The notes below the pieces were generated by a model. That model saw only the letters and a list, made by a program, of their open reading frames with translations, had not been told where the DNA came from and searched no databases. DNA of 64,000 bases from assembly GCA_965202985.1 (NCBI GenBank), contig CBDBCF010000002.1, forward strand, positions 192,001-256,000, given 5' to 3'. How positions within the stretch are numbered: the stretch's first letter is position 1; each line of letters begins with the position of its first letter. This document shows, in pieces, positions 9,915 through 18,682 of the stretch. The position numbers were made by a program, and so were the translations under genes. This DNA comes from Longimicrobiales bacterium (lineage in GTDB: Bacteria; Gemmatimonadota; Gemmatimonadetes; Longimicrobiales; Gaopeijiaceae).

Positions 9915-10027
9915 TTTCTCGGTGGTCTCGCCCCGGCAATCCGGGCTTGGGTCGGAAGCTGACCGACACCATAACAGGTACCGCAAGCCCCCCAACCCCG
10001 ACCGCCGCCCTCCGGCTGGACGCGCTG

Positions 10028-12784
10028 CTACCTCCCTTCGGCCGCCAACTTCCGCAGCACCGTGTGGAGGATGCCGCCGTTGCGGTAGTACTCCACCTCG
10101 ACATCCGAGTCCAACCGGGCCGTCGCGCTGAACTCGATCCGAGCGCCGTCGGGGCGGGTGGCCTTCACCTCGACCTGGCTGCGGCGCCCCAGCCCGTCGG
10201 CGATTCCCGCGATGTCGTAGGTCTCGTCGCCGCTCAGCCCGAGCGACTCGGCGCCTTCGCCCTCCGCGAACTGGAGAGGCAGCACGCCCATCCCCACCAA
10301 GTTGGAGCGGTGGATGCGCTCGTAGCTCTCGGCGATCACCGCGCGCACGCCGAGCAGCAGCGTGCCCTTGGCCGCCCAGTCGCGGGAGCTCCCAGTTCCG
10401 TACTCGCGCCCGGCGATCACGATCAGGGGCGTCCCAGCCGCCCGGTAGCGCTCCGCCGCCTCGAAGATCGGCACGACGTCGCCGCTGGGGACGTGCCGGG
10501 TCCAGCCGCCTTCCTTGCCGTCGAGCAGCAGGTTGCGCAGCCGCACGTTGCCGAAGGTGCCCCGCATCATCACTTCGTGGTTCCCGCGCCGAGCGCCGAA
10601 GGTGTTGAAGTGGATCGGCGTCACGCCCAGCCCCTGGAGGTACTGGCCGGCGGGCTCGTCCCTGGGAATCGCGCCGGCGGGCGAAATGTGGTCGGTGGTC
10701 ACCGTCTGGCCCAGCAGCGCAAGCACTCGGGCGTCTCGCACGTCCTCGGGTGCCGGAGCCTCGGAGCTCATCCCCTGGAAGAAGGGCGGGTTGCGGATGT
10801 AGGTGGACTCGGCGTCCCACTCGTAGAGGCTCCCTTCCTCCGGCAGGGGAAGGGCGCGCCAGTGCTCGTCGCCGTCGAACACGCTGCCGTAGCGCTCCCG
10901 GTACATCTCCGGCTTCAGCGACGCCGCCACCGTGTCGCGAACCTCGCCGGGCGACGGCCAGATGTCGGCCAGGAAGACGGGCACGCCGTCGCGGTCGCAG
11001 CCCAGCGGCTCGTCCCGCAGGTCGATGTCGATTCGCCCAGCCAACGCGAACGCCACCACCAGCATCGGCGACGCAAGGTAGTTGGCGCGCACCAGCGTGT
11101 GGATGCGGGCCTCGTAGTTGCGGTTCCCCGACAGGATCGACGCCACGACCAGCCCGTTCTTCTCGACGGCCTCGGCCACCGGCCCGGGCAGCGGTCCGCT
11201 GTTGCCGATGCAGGTCGTGCAGCCGTAGCCGACCAGGTTGAACTTGAGCTCCTCCAAGTACCGCATGAGCCCGGCCGCCTCCAAGTAGTCCGTGACCACC
11301 TGCGAGCCCGGCGCCATGCTCGTCTTCACCCACGGCTTCGGCTCCATCCCCAGCGCCCGCGCCTTCGTGGCCATCAGTCCGGCGCCGACCATGACCGACG
11401 GGTTGGACGTGTTCGTGCAGCTGGTGATCGCGGCCACCACGATGCTCCCGTCGCCGATCTCCATCCGCTCGCCGTCGATCTCAATCTCGACGCTGCGTCG
11501 AGCGTCGGGCGCCGTCCCGCCTTGCGGCTCGGCACCGTTGCCGGACGCGCCCGTCCTGCCGAACCCCGCTGGACGCAGCTTCGGCAGGTCCGTGGGGAAC
11601 GCCCGGTCGATCTCCGTCAGCGCGATCCGGTCCTGGGGACGCTTCGGCCCCGCCAAGCTGGGCACCACGGTCGAGAGGTCCAGCTCCAGGGCGGTCGTGT
11701 ACTCGGGGTCGGGGGTGTCGTCGGTGCGGAAGAGGCCCAGCTCCTTGGCTACCCGCTCCACGCGCTCGACGTGGGCGGGCTCCCGCCCGGTGCCCCTCAA
11801 GTAGCGCAGCGCCTCGTCGTCCACGGGGAAGAAGCCGACGGTGGCGCCGTACTCGGGGGACATGTTGGCCAGCGTGGCCTTGTCCGGCAGGCTCAGCGCC
11901 GACAGGCCGGCCCCGTAGTACTCGACGAACCGTCCCACGACCCCGTGGGCGCGGAGCATCTCGGTCACCCGGAGGACGAGATCGGTGGCGGTCGCGCCTT
12001 CGGAGAGCGCGCCGGTGAACTTCACGCCCACCACGTCCGGCAGGAGCATGTGGTAGGGCTGGCCCAGCAGCACCGCCTCCGCCTCGATCCCGCCGACGCC
12101 CCAGCCCACCACGCCCAGCCCGTTGATCATCGTCGTGTGGGAATCGGTTCCGACCACCGTGTCCGGGTAGGCCAGCGCGCCGTCGCCGTGCTCCCGCCGG
12201 TGCACCACCGACGCCAAGTACTCCAGGTTGACCTGATGCACGATCCCGGTGCCCGGGGGCACGACCCGGTAGTTCTCGAAGGCCTCCTGCGCCCAGCGAA
12301 GGAGGGCGTAGCGCTCCCGGTTCCGCTCGTACTCTCGGGCGACGTTCTTCTCGAAGGCGTAGCCGGTCCCGAAGAAGTCCACCTGCACCGAGTGGTCGAT
12401 CACGAGGTCGGCCGGGACGAGCGGGTTGATGCGCCCGGGGTCGCCGCCCATCGCGCGGATGCCGTCGCGCATTGAAGCCAGGTCCACGACCGCGGGCACC
12501 CCGGTGAAGTCCTGGAGGACCACCCGCGTGGGCATGAACGGGAAGTCGGGGCGGGGACCGTCGGGCCGCCAGGAAGCCACCGCCTCCACGTCGTCGGGCG
12601 AGACGTGGCCGTCTCCTGCATTGCGCAGCACGTTCTCCAGCAGGATGCGGATCGAGAAGGGGAGGCGGTCCAGCGAGGGGACCACGCCGCTCTCTTCCAG
12701 GCGCGCGAGGCGGTAGAAGGACGCACGGCCCTCCGCCAGTTCGATAGCGGCGAGGGCGCCGAAGGGATCGGTGAGGCTTGGCAC
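10028..12784 (-). CDS. acnA: Aconitate hydratase A
   Basis: RVVLQDFTGVP, DLVIDHSVQVD, AAITSCTNTSNP, GYGCTTCIGNSG and GTGSSRDWAAKG; GTG start at 12784 inferred. Confidence 0.97.
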   Translation of the reverse strand: MPSLTDPFGALAAIELAEGRASFYRLARLEESGVVPSLDRLPFSIRILLENVLRNAGDGHVSPDDVEAVASWRPDGPRPDFPFMPTRVVLQDFTGVPAVVDLASMRDGIRAMGGDPGRINPLVPADLVIDHSVQVDFFGTGYAFEKNVAREYERNRERYALLRWAQEAFENYRVVPPGTGIVHQVNLEYLASVVHRREHGDGALAYPDTVVGTDSHTTMINGLGVVGWGVGGIEAEAVLLGQPYHMLLPDVVGVKFTGALSEGATATDLVLRVTEMLRAHGVVGRFVEYYGAGLSALSLPDKATLANMSPEYGATVGFFPVDDEALRYLRGTGREPAHVERVERVAKELGLFRTDDTPDPEYTTALELDLSTVVPSLAGPKRPQDRIALTEIDRAFPTDLPKLRPAGFGRTGASGNGAEPQGGTAPDARRSVEIEIDGERMEIGDGSIVVAAITSCTNTSNPSVMVGAGLMATKARALGMEPKPWVKTSMAPGSQVVTDYLEAAGLMRYLEELKFNLVGYGCTTCIGNSGPLPGPVAEAVEKNGLVVASILSGNRNYEARIHTLVRANYLASPMLVVAFALAGRIDIDLRDEPLGCDRDGVPVFLADIWPSPGEVRDTVAASLKPEMYRERYGSVFDGDEHWRALPLPEEGSLYEWDAESTYIRNPPFFQGMSSEAPAPEDVRDARVLALLGQTVTTDHISPAGAIPRDEPAGQYLQGLGVTPIHFNTFGARRGNHEVMMRGTFGNVRLRNLLLDGKEGGWTRHVPSGDVVPIFEAAERYRAAGTPLIVIAGREYGTGSSRDWAAKGTLLLGVRAVIAESYERIHRSNLVGMGVLPLQFAEGEGAESLGLSGDETYDIAGIADGLGRRSQVEVKATRPDGARIEFSATARLDSDVEVEYYRNGGILHTVLRKLAAEGR

Positions 12785-12978
12785 GGGGATTCGGCTCCTG
12801 GTCCGGGGGCGTCGCGACGGGTTGGACTCTGAAGCTAGCCACGAGCGAACGGCGGAACCGGCGGGCCCGAACGCGGACCCCGATCCCGTCCAGACGATTC
12901 TCCGGCCGTCCCGTTCCAACCACGCCCCCGACTTTACGGACCGGCATTGTCGCGCTAGACTCCCCCGCTCCCCAACCA

Positions 12979-13062
12979 GCCGAGGTGGCGGAACCGGTAG
13001 ACGCGAAGGTCTCAAAAACCTTTGCCCTTGCGGGCGTGAGGGTTCGAGTCCCTCCCTCGGCA
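12979..13062 (+). tRNA. tRNA-Leu (anticodon CAA)
   Basis: GCCGAGG/CCTCGGC acceptor stem, AAGGT-CTCAAAA-ACCTT anticodon arm, long variable arm, GGTTCGAGTCC T-arm; CCA not encoded. Confidence 0.96.
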
Positions 13063-13199
13063 TTCTGGACAACAGGTGGGCCTGGGGTCAATGCCGAGTA
13101 AGCCCGAGAGAGGCTTCGACCGCCTGCCCTTGATGCCGGGCCGCCGAATCAACGCGCCGGCCCGGGTCCTCGCGACGCCACCCCGGGCACCGAGCGAAG

Positions 13200-13233
13200 T
13201 TGACTGCCGCTTCGAAAATGTGTAGACTACACA
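13200..13233 (+). promoter_or_regulatory. Sigma70-type hicAB promoter with an overlapping palindromic operator
   Basis: TTGACT (13200)-17 bp-TAGACT (13223); perfect inverted repeat TGTGTAG-A-CTACACA at 13219-13233 covers the -10. Confidence 0.8.
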
Positions 13234-13358
13234 CTCGTGCCGAATCGGCCTCGGCACCCGGTACTCGTTCTCCCAGAGGAGCTACTTGATGGATCGTGCC
13301 AACCAACGAAAGAGGCTACTAAATGGGCCGTCGCAAACGACCTTCCCGAGGAGGGAAA

Positions 13359-13553
13359 ATGAGAAGCAAGGAAGTGATCCGGATGCTCGGGCAAGATGGA
13401 TGGGAGCATTGCCACACGAAAGGAAGCCACCGCCAGTTTGTCCACTCCGACAAGACCGGGCGGGTGACGGTACCGCACCCGACCAAGGACATTCCCGTCG
13501 GCACGCTACGCAACATCTATCGTCAAGCTGGCTGGGACTGGAACGACCGCTGA
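13359..13553 (+). CDS. hicA: HicA-family toxin (mRNA interferase)
   Basis: 64 aa with KGSHRQF, VTVPHP and GTLRNI; GAGG-rich SD before ATG 13359. Confidence 0.93.
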   Translation: MRSKEVIRMLGQDGWEHCHTKGSHRQFVHSDKTGRVTVPHPTKDIPVGTLRNIYRQAGWDWNDR

Positions 13554-13605
13554 GGTGGAAGAACGCGACGACGAATGAACTTACCAAAACCGGAGAAAGC
13601 CAACC

Positions 13606-14016
13606 ATGCGATTTGCCGTCGTCATTCACAAGGACCCGAACAGCTGCTACGGGGTCACCGTGCCCGGGCTCCCCGGCTGCTTCTCCGCCGGGGACACGCT
13701 CGACGAGGCCGTCGAGTCTGCTTCGGAGGCCATCGCCTGCCATGTTGAGGGTATGCTGATGGACGGGGAAGCGGTCCCCGAGCAGCCATCCCTGGAAGAA
13801 CTCCAAGCGTGCAACGACTTCGAGGCCGGGACCTGGGCCCTCGTGAACGTCGACCTGTCGAAGCTGACAAGCGCGACGAAGCGGGTGAACATCACGATGC
13901 CGGCCCGAGTACTGGCGATCGTGGACGAGGCGGCCGTCAGGGAAGGCGACACGAGGTCGGGCTACCTGGCCCGTGCGGCGCTCAGCTACCTGAGGGACCG
14001 CCAGCCCGTCGGTTGA
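13606..14016 (+). CDS. hicB: HicB-family antitoxin with C-terminal RHH domain
   Basis: YGVTVPGLPGCFSAGDTLDEA and KRVNITMP...TRSGYLARAA. Confidence 0.93.
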   Translation: MRFAVVIHKDPNSCYGVTVPGLPGCFSAGDTLDEAVESASEAIACHVEGMLMDGEAVPEQPSLEELQACNDFEAGTWALVNVDLSKLTSATKRVNITMPARVLAIVDEAAVREGDTRSGYLARAALSYLRDRQPVG

Positions 14017-14926
14017 AGCCCCCGATCTGATCCGCGCTCGGCTCAGCAGCACCCGTTCCGGTCTCGATCTCGCGGCTGCGGTGCAGATAGGAGCCGACGA
14101 CGCCGTAGCCGCCGTTCACGTTCTGCACGGGATGGACATCGTGCAGGTTGCCTTGGTCGCCCGTCGTGAGAAAGGCGTGGAAGTGACGGTCAACCGCAAG
14201 CACGTCCAGCATGGGAACCGGAGCTGCGCTGTCCACCGCGACCTGGGGCACCTGTCCTTTGAAGCGCGTGCCCTGCACCTCGGCGTACCACGCTCTGCCG
14301 CAGTTCGGGCAGTCGTCGAATCGCCGCCGCACACCCATCAGGTATCGATGCGCGGCCGCGCTCTCGGACCACGTTGCGGCCAGCGAATGCGAGCCGTCGC
14401 TACTAGAGATCGCTGCGCGCTCGATCTCGAAGTCGCCGACGACACGGGTCTCGCCGAAGGCTCGAACCCGCCCGTCCGCGGCGGCTTCTACGCGGTACGT
14501 CGCTCCCGGTTCCAGCACGGCCTCGGGCCGCAGGCAGTACCATGCCCGCCGCACTCCGGTCGCATAGACGATCCGAGGCCCCAGCGAGCCCGGCCACTCG
14601 TAGTCGCGATCACGACGGATGCAGCTGTCGCCGGCGAATCTCGTGCCCGCGGCGGCGGCCCGGGCGCTGTCCCACTCCACGACGAGAGTCCACCCTCCCG
14701 ATCCCGGGTCGCGCCGGTGAATCCGGACGCTCACGTTTGCGAGCGCATGGGTGGTGAATCCGTCCACGGGCGCGACGTCCACTACGTGCCCGATGGAGTC
14801 GGCGTTCAGGACTGCGTAGAGCACCAGCTGGTCGCTGAGTCCCGTGGGTTGCAGCGGAAGTTCCTCGCAGGCACCGAGAACCAAGGCCAGAAGGCCAAGG
14901 CCGGCAAGGCGGTTGTTGGTGGTCAT
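13982..14926 (-). CDS. DUF4249-like lipoprotein
   Basis: Lipobox LGAC, LVLYAVLN, C-terminal NVNGGYGVVGS; follows a TonB-dependent receptor. Confidence 0.75.
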   Translation of the reverse strand: MTTNNRLAGLGLLALVLGACEELPLQPTGLSDQLVLYAVLNADSIGHVVDVAPVDGFTTHALANVSVRIHRRDPGSGGWTLVVEWDSARAAAAGTRFAGDSCIRRDRDYEWPGSLGPRIVYATGVRRAWYCLRPEAVLEPGATYRVEAAADGRVRAFGETRVVGDFEIERAAISSSDGSHSLAATWSESAAAHRYLMGVRRRFDDCPNCGRAWYAEVQGTRFKGQVPQVAVDSAAPVPMLDVLAVDRHFHAFLTTGDQGNLHDVHPVQNVNGGYGVVGSYLHRSREIETGTGAAEPSADQIGGFNRRAGGPSGS

Positions 14927-14954
14927 CTTCGCGGGCCTCCTTGTATTCGTTCAG

Positions 14955-17267
14955 TCAGAACTTGAAGTCGATGCCGATCGTCGGGAGGAACGGCAGCTGT
15001 TGCTCGTGCTCGAAGACGTACGGACCGTTCGCGTCGTCCAGAGCGTGTCCGAAGCCGGCGAACTGGTAGAACAGGACGTTGGTGCGCCCTGTAACGTTGA
15101 CGACGGAAAGATAGGGCGCGATCTCCCACGCGCCCCACCGAAAGGCGTAGTTCGCCGCCACGTCGAAGCGGGCATAGGTGGGAAGGCGACCCTGCAAGTC
15201 CGACCAAACGGTGAAGAAATCCCCGGTGGTCAGCAGGGCTCCCTCTTTGCTTGTGCTCCCGCCGCGACGCTGATGCGGATCGAAGCGCTGGTTGGTGTAG
15301 TCTCCGGCCGGGTACCAAAACGGGCCACCGGTTCCAACGGTCGCCCGAAGGGAGACGCCGAACCCGCCGGGCAAATCGGCTACCACAAGGCCTTCGACTT
15401 CGTGGCGCCGGTCCCAGTGTGGACGGTACTCTTCGCCTTCGGCGCGGGCGAGGGCCACGCTTGCCCACTGGTACGACAGCCATCCCCGTACGGGACCCGC
15501 GTGCTTCTGCACCATCAAGTCCACGCCGTAAGCGTTGCCGTCGTGAAACTCCATCGTCCTGGGGTCGCGGGCGACCCCGGCTCGCCAATGCGGCAGACCT
15601 CTGAACCGACGGATCCATCCGGCTATGGAGGCTGTCCAGTCTTGTCCCCGCCATGCGTCCAGCGCCAAGCTCGCGCCGTCGGCTACGGAGACGGGCTGGT
15701 CCTCGGCGTGAACAAACCATGTCGGCGCGCCCGGTTCGCGGGCGTAGGCGTCCCGAAGCACCGACAAGAACTGGTACGTGCGATCCACGCTGGCACTGAT
15801 GGCGAACAACGGGGTGCGCAAACGAACCGAGAACCGCGGCTCGAAGAAGCTGCGCTTCGACCTTCTCTCCAGGCCCGCGCGGATCCCCGGAGCGAATCGC
15901 ACCGGTCCCAGCCACGCTTCCATCTCCGCGAACGCGGACGCGTGAAGGTAGGAGCGAGAAAGATTGCCAGTGAAGGCGGCTCCCTCCCCAAAGCTTTGCA
16001 GGCGCACAGGACCGCCTTCGACGGCAATTCCTGCTCGTCCGCCAGTCCGCTCGCCCCGCAATGTGACCCCTGCTCGCAGTCCCGCCACCGCAATGCGGTT
16101 GGTGGTCGAAGGGTCGGTGGGCGTGCCTCCGAACGCCTGTCTTGCCCGGTAGCGGCTGTAGTATGCGGTCACGTTGCTGGTCGTGCGGTTGTCGCGCACC
16201 CACGACCACGACGCCGAAGAGGTGAGGTTAGCCCACTTTGCACTGAAGGATTCGTGTCCTACGCCACCAGACTGAAAGTCCCACGCGTAGTAGTCGTCGG
16301 ACGCGAAGATCGACCAGCGCAGTCGGTGCTCTTCGGCAGGATATGCCTCGATGCCGAGGTTTAGGTCGTGGAAGGAGTACGGGACGTTGATGCGCGCGAG
16401 GTCGACGAACGCCTTGCGTCCGGCCGCAAGCCATCGAACGCCGGCCCAGGGGAGCGTCCCGTCGGCGGCGAGCCGTCCGCCGAGCAGGCTGAGCCCGCCG
16501 GACAGGTTGACTCCGCCCGGACCGCCGGCGCGCTGATGCGCGGACACCACGCCGGAGAGGGTGCCGCCGTGCCGGGCGGGGATCGCTCCCCGGTAGAATT
16601 CGGTGGACTCGACGACGTCGGCGTTGAAGGAGCCGAAGTAGCCATACATGTGGTACGGCGCGAAGACCGGAGCGCCGTCCAGGAGCACCGCCACTTGGTC
16701 GCTGCCGCCGCCCCTCACGAAAAGTTCGCCCGTGTAGTCGTTCACGCTGGTAACGCCGGCCAAAGCCTGGAGGCTGCGGAAAACGTCGGGCTCGGCCAAG
16801 GCCGGCACGGCCTTGATCTCGGCCTGCGTGACGCCGACTGCGCCGACCGCGACCTCGCGGTCGAAGATGAGCCGGTGAAGCTGCCGGGACGTAATCTGAC
16901 GATCGACCTGGACGGTCAGCGCGGGCAAGGAGATCGCTGTGCGTTCCAGTTGGAGCTCGGCGATGGAGCCCGCGGGAGGCACCGCAACGATCGTGTCCAG
17001 GTCGGCGTACCCGAGTCGCCTGGCCACTATCCGAACCCGGCTGCTCGTGCCTTCGCCGGTCGCCAGCCCCTCGCGGTTGGTGAGCCGGGTCGTCGAGTAC
17101 TCCGGAAAAGCGACCAGCACGTCGCTCAACGGTTCGCCTGAAGTGCGGTCCACGGTGCGAACCGCCCAGGCCCCCGATGTGGGGACCTGGGCATAACTCG
17201 CCGCCGGCAGGAAGGCCAAACACGTCGCTGTGCTCGCCAATCCGAAAAACGCCGCGAGATGGTTCAT
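14955..17267 (-). CDS. TonB-dependent receptor with N-terminal carboxypeptidase-regulatory-like domain
   Basis: Signal peptide, plug motif EPDVFRSLQALAGV...FVRGG, FEPR, RLPTYARFD and terminal Phe. Confidence 0.9.
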   Translation of the reverse strand: MNHLAAFFGLASTATCLAFLPAASYAQVPTSGAWAVRTVDRTSGEPLSDVLVAFPEYSTTRLTNREGLATGEGTSSRVRIVARRLGYADLDTIVAVPPAGSIAELQLERTAISLPALTVQVDRQITSRQLHRLIFDREVAVGAVGVTQAEIKAVPALAEPDVFRSLQALAGVTSVNDYTGELFVRGGGSDQVAVLLDGAPVFAPYHMYGYFGSFNADVVESTEFYRGAIPARHGGTLSGVVSAHQRAGGPGGVNLSGGLSLLGGRLAADGTLPWAGVRWLAAGRKAFVDLARINVPYSFHDLNLGIEAYPAEEHRLRWSIFASDDYYAWDFQSGGVGHESFSAKWANLTSSASWSWVRDNRTTSNVTAYYSRYRARQAFGGTPTDPSTTNRIAVAGLRAGVTLRGERTGGRAGIAVEGGPVRLQSFGEGAAFTGNLSRSYLHASAFAEMEAWLGPVRFAPGIRAGLERRSKRSFFEPRFSVRLRTPLFAISASVDRTYQFLSVLRDAYAREPGAPTWFVHAEDQPVSVADGASLALDAWRGQDWTASIAGWIRRFRGLPHWRAGVARDPRTMEFHDGNAYGVDLMVQKHAGPVRGWLSYQWASVALARAEGEEYRPHWDRRHEVEGLVVADLPGGFGVSLRATVGTGGPFWYPAGDYTNQRFDPHQRRGGSTSKEGALLTTGDFFTVWSDLQGRLPTYARFDVAANYAFRWGAWEIAPYLSVVNVTGRTNVLFYQFAGFGHALDDANGPYVFEHEQQLPFLPTIGIDFKF

Positions 17268-17281
17268 TGTTCGCTCCTTGC

Positions 17282-18426
17282 CTACCACGTGAGTGCGACT
17301 TCGGAGCGAACGCGCAGGTTAACCGACAGGGCGTACGTTCTGGGCCCGTTCTCGAACGTCACGACGGCCGAGCCGAGGTCGTCGTCCCAGATTGGGTCGA
17401 GTTCGACGGCCGAGACCTCGAAGTTGGCTCCTCCCGGCTTGGGCGAAACAGGGAGCATTTCACGTGCGGGATCGATCGTAACCCACCGTCCGTCTCTGAC
17501 GCCCCCGTAACTTGCGGTCCCGGTTACGAGTGTTCCGTGGGAGTTGGTATATCCCACGCTGATTCTAACTTCCTCACGTCCCCATTCCGTGTTGTAGAGC
17601 GACTTAAAGCCAATCAGGTCCGTAGGCGAGTAGGTCACCAAGGGGTCATAGTGAGGGTGTCCCGCCACATTGCCTTCACGAGCTAACCCGATAGAAGCCA
17701 GCAGGTAGTTTCGGGCCGTGTCCAAGTCTTCCACCGACTCGAATCGCCCGTAGTCCAGCGTCAAGGGTTCGGCGTCACCCACCTTGTACGTCCACACCAC
17801 GGCCGTCTCGCCGTCATCAGGGTCCTGGATGACGGCTCCGGGCACGTCGGCTTGGTGGCCGATTCGAGTTCCCCAGTTCTCTCTGGGAGCCACGTAGAAG
17901 AATGCGCCGTACCGCTGGATATGGCGCATCTCGGTTGCCTCCGCTCGGCGTCCGCCGGGCTCGTGGACCGCGAAGTCGAGTACGTCCGGGTCCCACGAGC
18001 CTGCGACTCCGATGTCGGGACTGCCTCTCCACGTCAGCCGGTGTTCGCGAAGTGGTACCGAGATCACCAGCTGGGCCACCTCGTCGAGTCGAGCGACCCG
18101 AGCCAGGAACGCGGCTTCGTCGGTGTTCAGGGCAGCGGCACTGCCCGCCAGCAAGTCCCGGCCTTCGGGGCTGCCGAGGTACTCGCCGAGGATCAGCTGG
18201 TGCTCGACTTCGGTGGAGGCCCTCATGGCGGCGAGGATCTGCCGCCGGGCGTCGGGGGACGCCAGCCCGCGAGCCAGGGCGCCGGCCACCTGGGCGAGCG
18301 TGGGTTCGGCGTTCAACGCGCGTGAGCGAAGGACTCGTCGCCGGGTGTCGCGACGGGACGAGTCGCGTCGGCGCAGGCCGTCGTGAAGACGGCGAGCGCG
18401 ATCAGGAACAGCTTGCTGCTTCTCAT
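17282..18426 (-). pseudogene. Frameshifted lipoprotein gene (signal peptide 18426-18313, body 18316-17282)
   Basis: SD AGGAG plus MRSSKLFLIALAVFTTAC lipoprotein signal ends at TGA 18313; the body continues in another frame across a CG run. Confidence 0.65.
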
Positions 18427-18498
18427 GGAACGACTCCTGGATGGTGCGCCGTCCAGGAACAGGCTGGATGCCCGTTCCCAGAGAGGCGCCTGTACCCT

Positions 18499-18526
18499 GG
18501 ATACTCCAGGTTCCCGAAAAAGTTCC
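18499..18526 (-). promoter_or_regulatory. Putative ECF-sigma promoter
   Basis: GGAAC-TTTTT...(17-bp spacer)-GTATCC upstream of the lipoprotein/TBDR operon. Confidence 0.5.
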
Positions 18527-18682
18527 ATTTGCCGTCCGCTAGCCGTGCTGACCGCACCACGGACGAAGCCGCCGCCAGAGATGGCGACCCGAGGTCGAGC
18601 TACTGGGCTCGGGCCCCGGCGACCTGCTTGAAGGACGGCCCTGCCATGACGCCCCGGCAGGCCCGGACCACGCCCGCCGCTC

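Noticed and set aside
12785..13072. N-terminal extension of AcnA in the ORF track
   Set aside because: It runs antisense through tRNA-Leu; AcnA similarity starts near 12784.
13248..13255. CCTCGGCA as an att-site copy of the tRNA-Leu 3' end (also CCCTCGGCA at 9424)
   Set aside because: Only 8-9 bp in GC-rich DNA; the first is explained as a hairpin arm, and there is no integrase.
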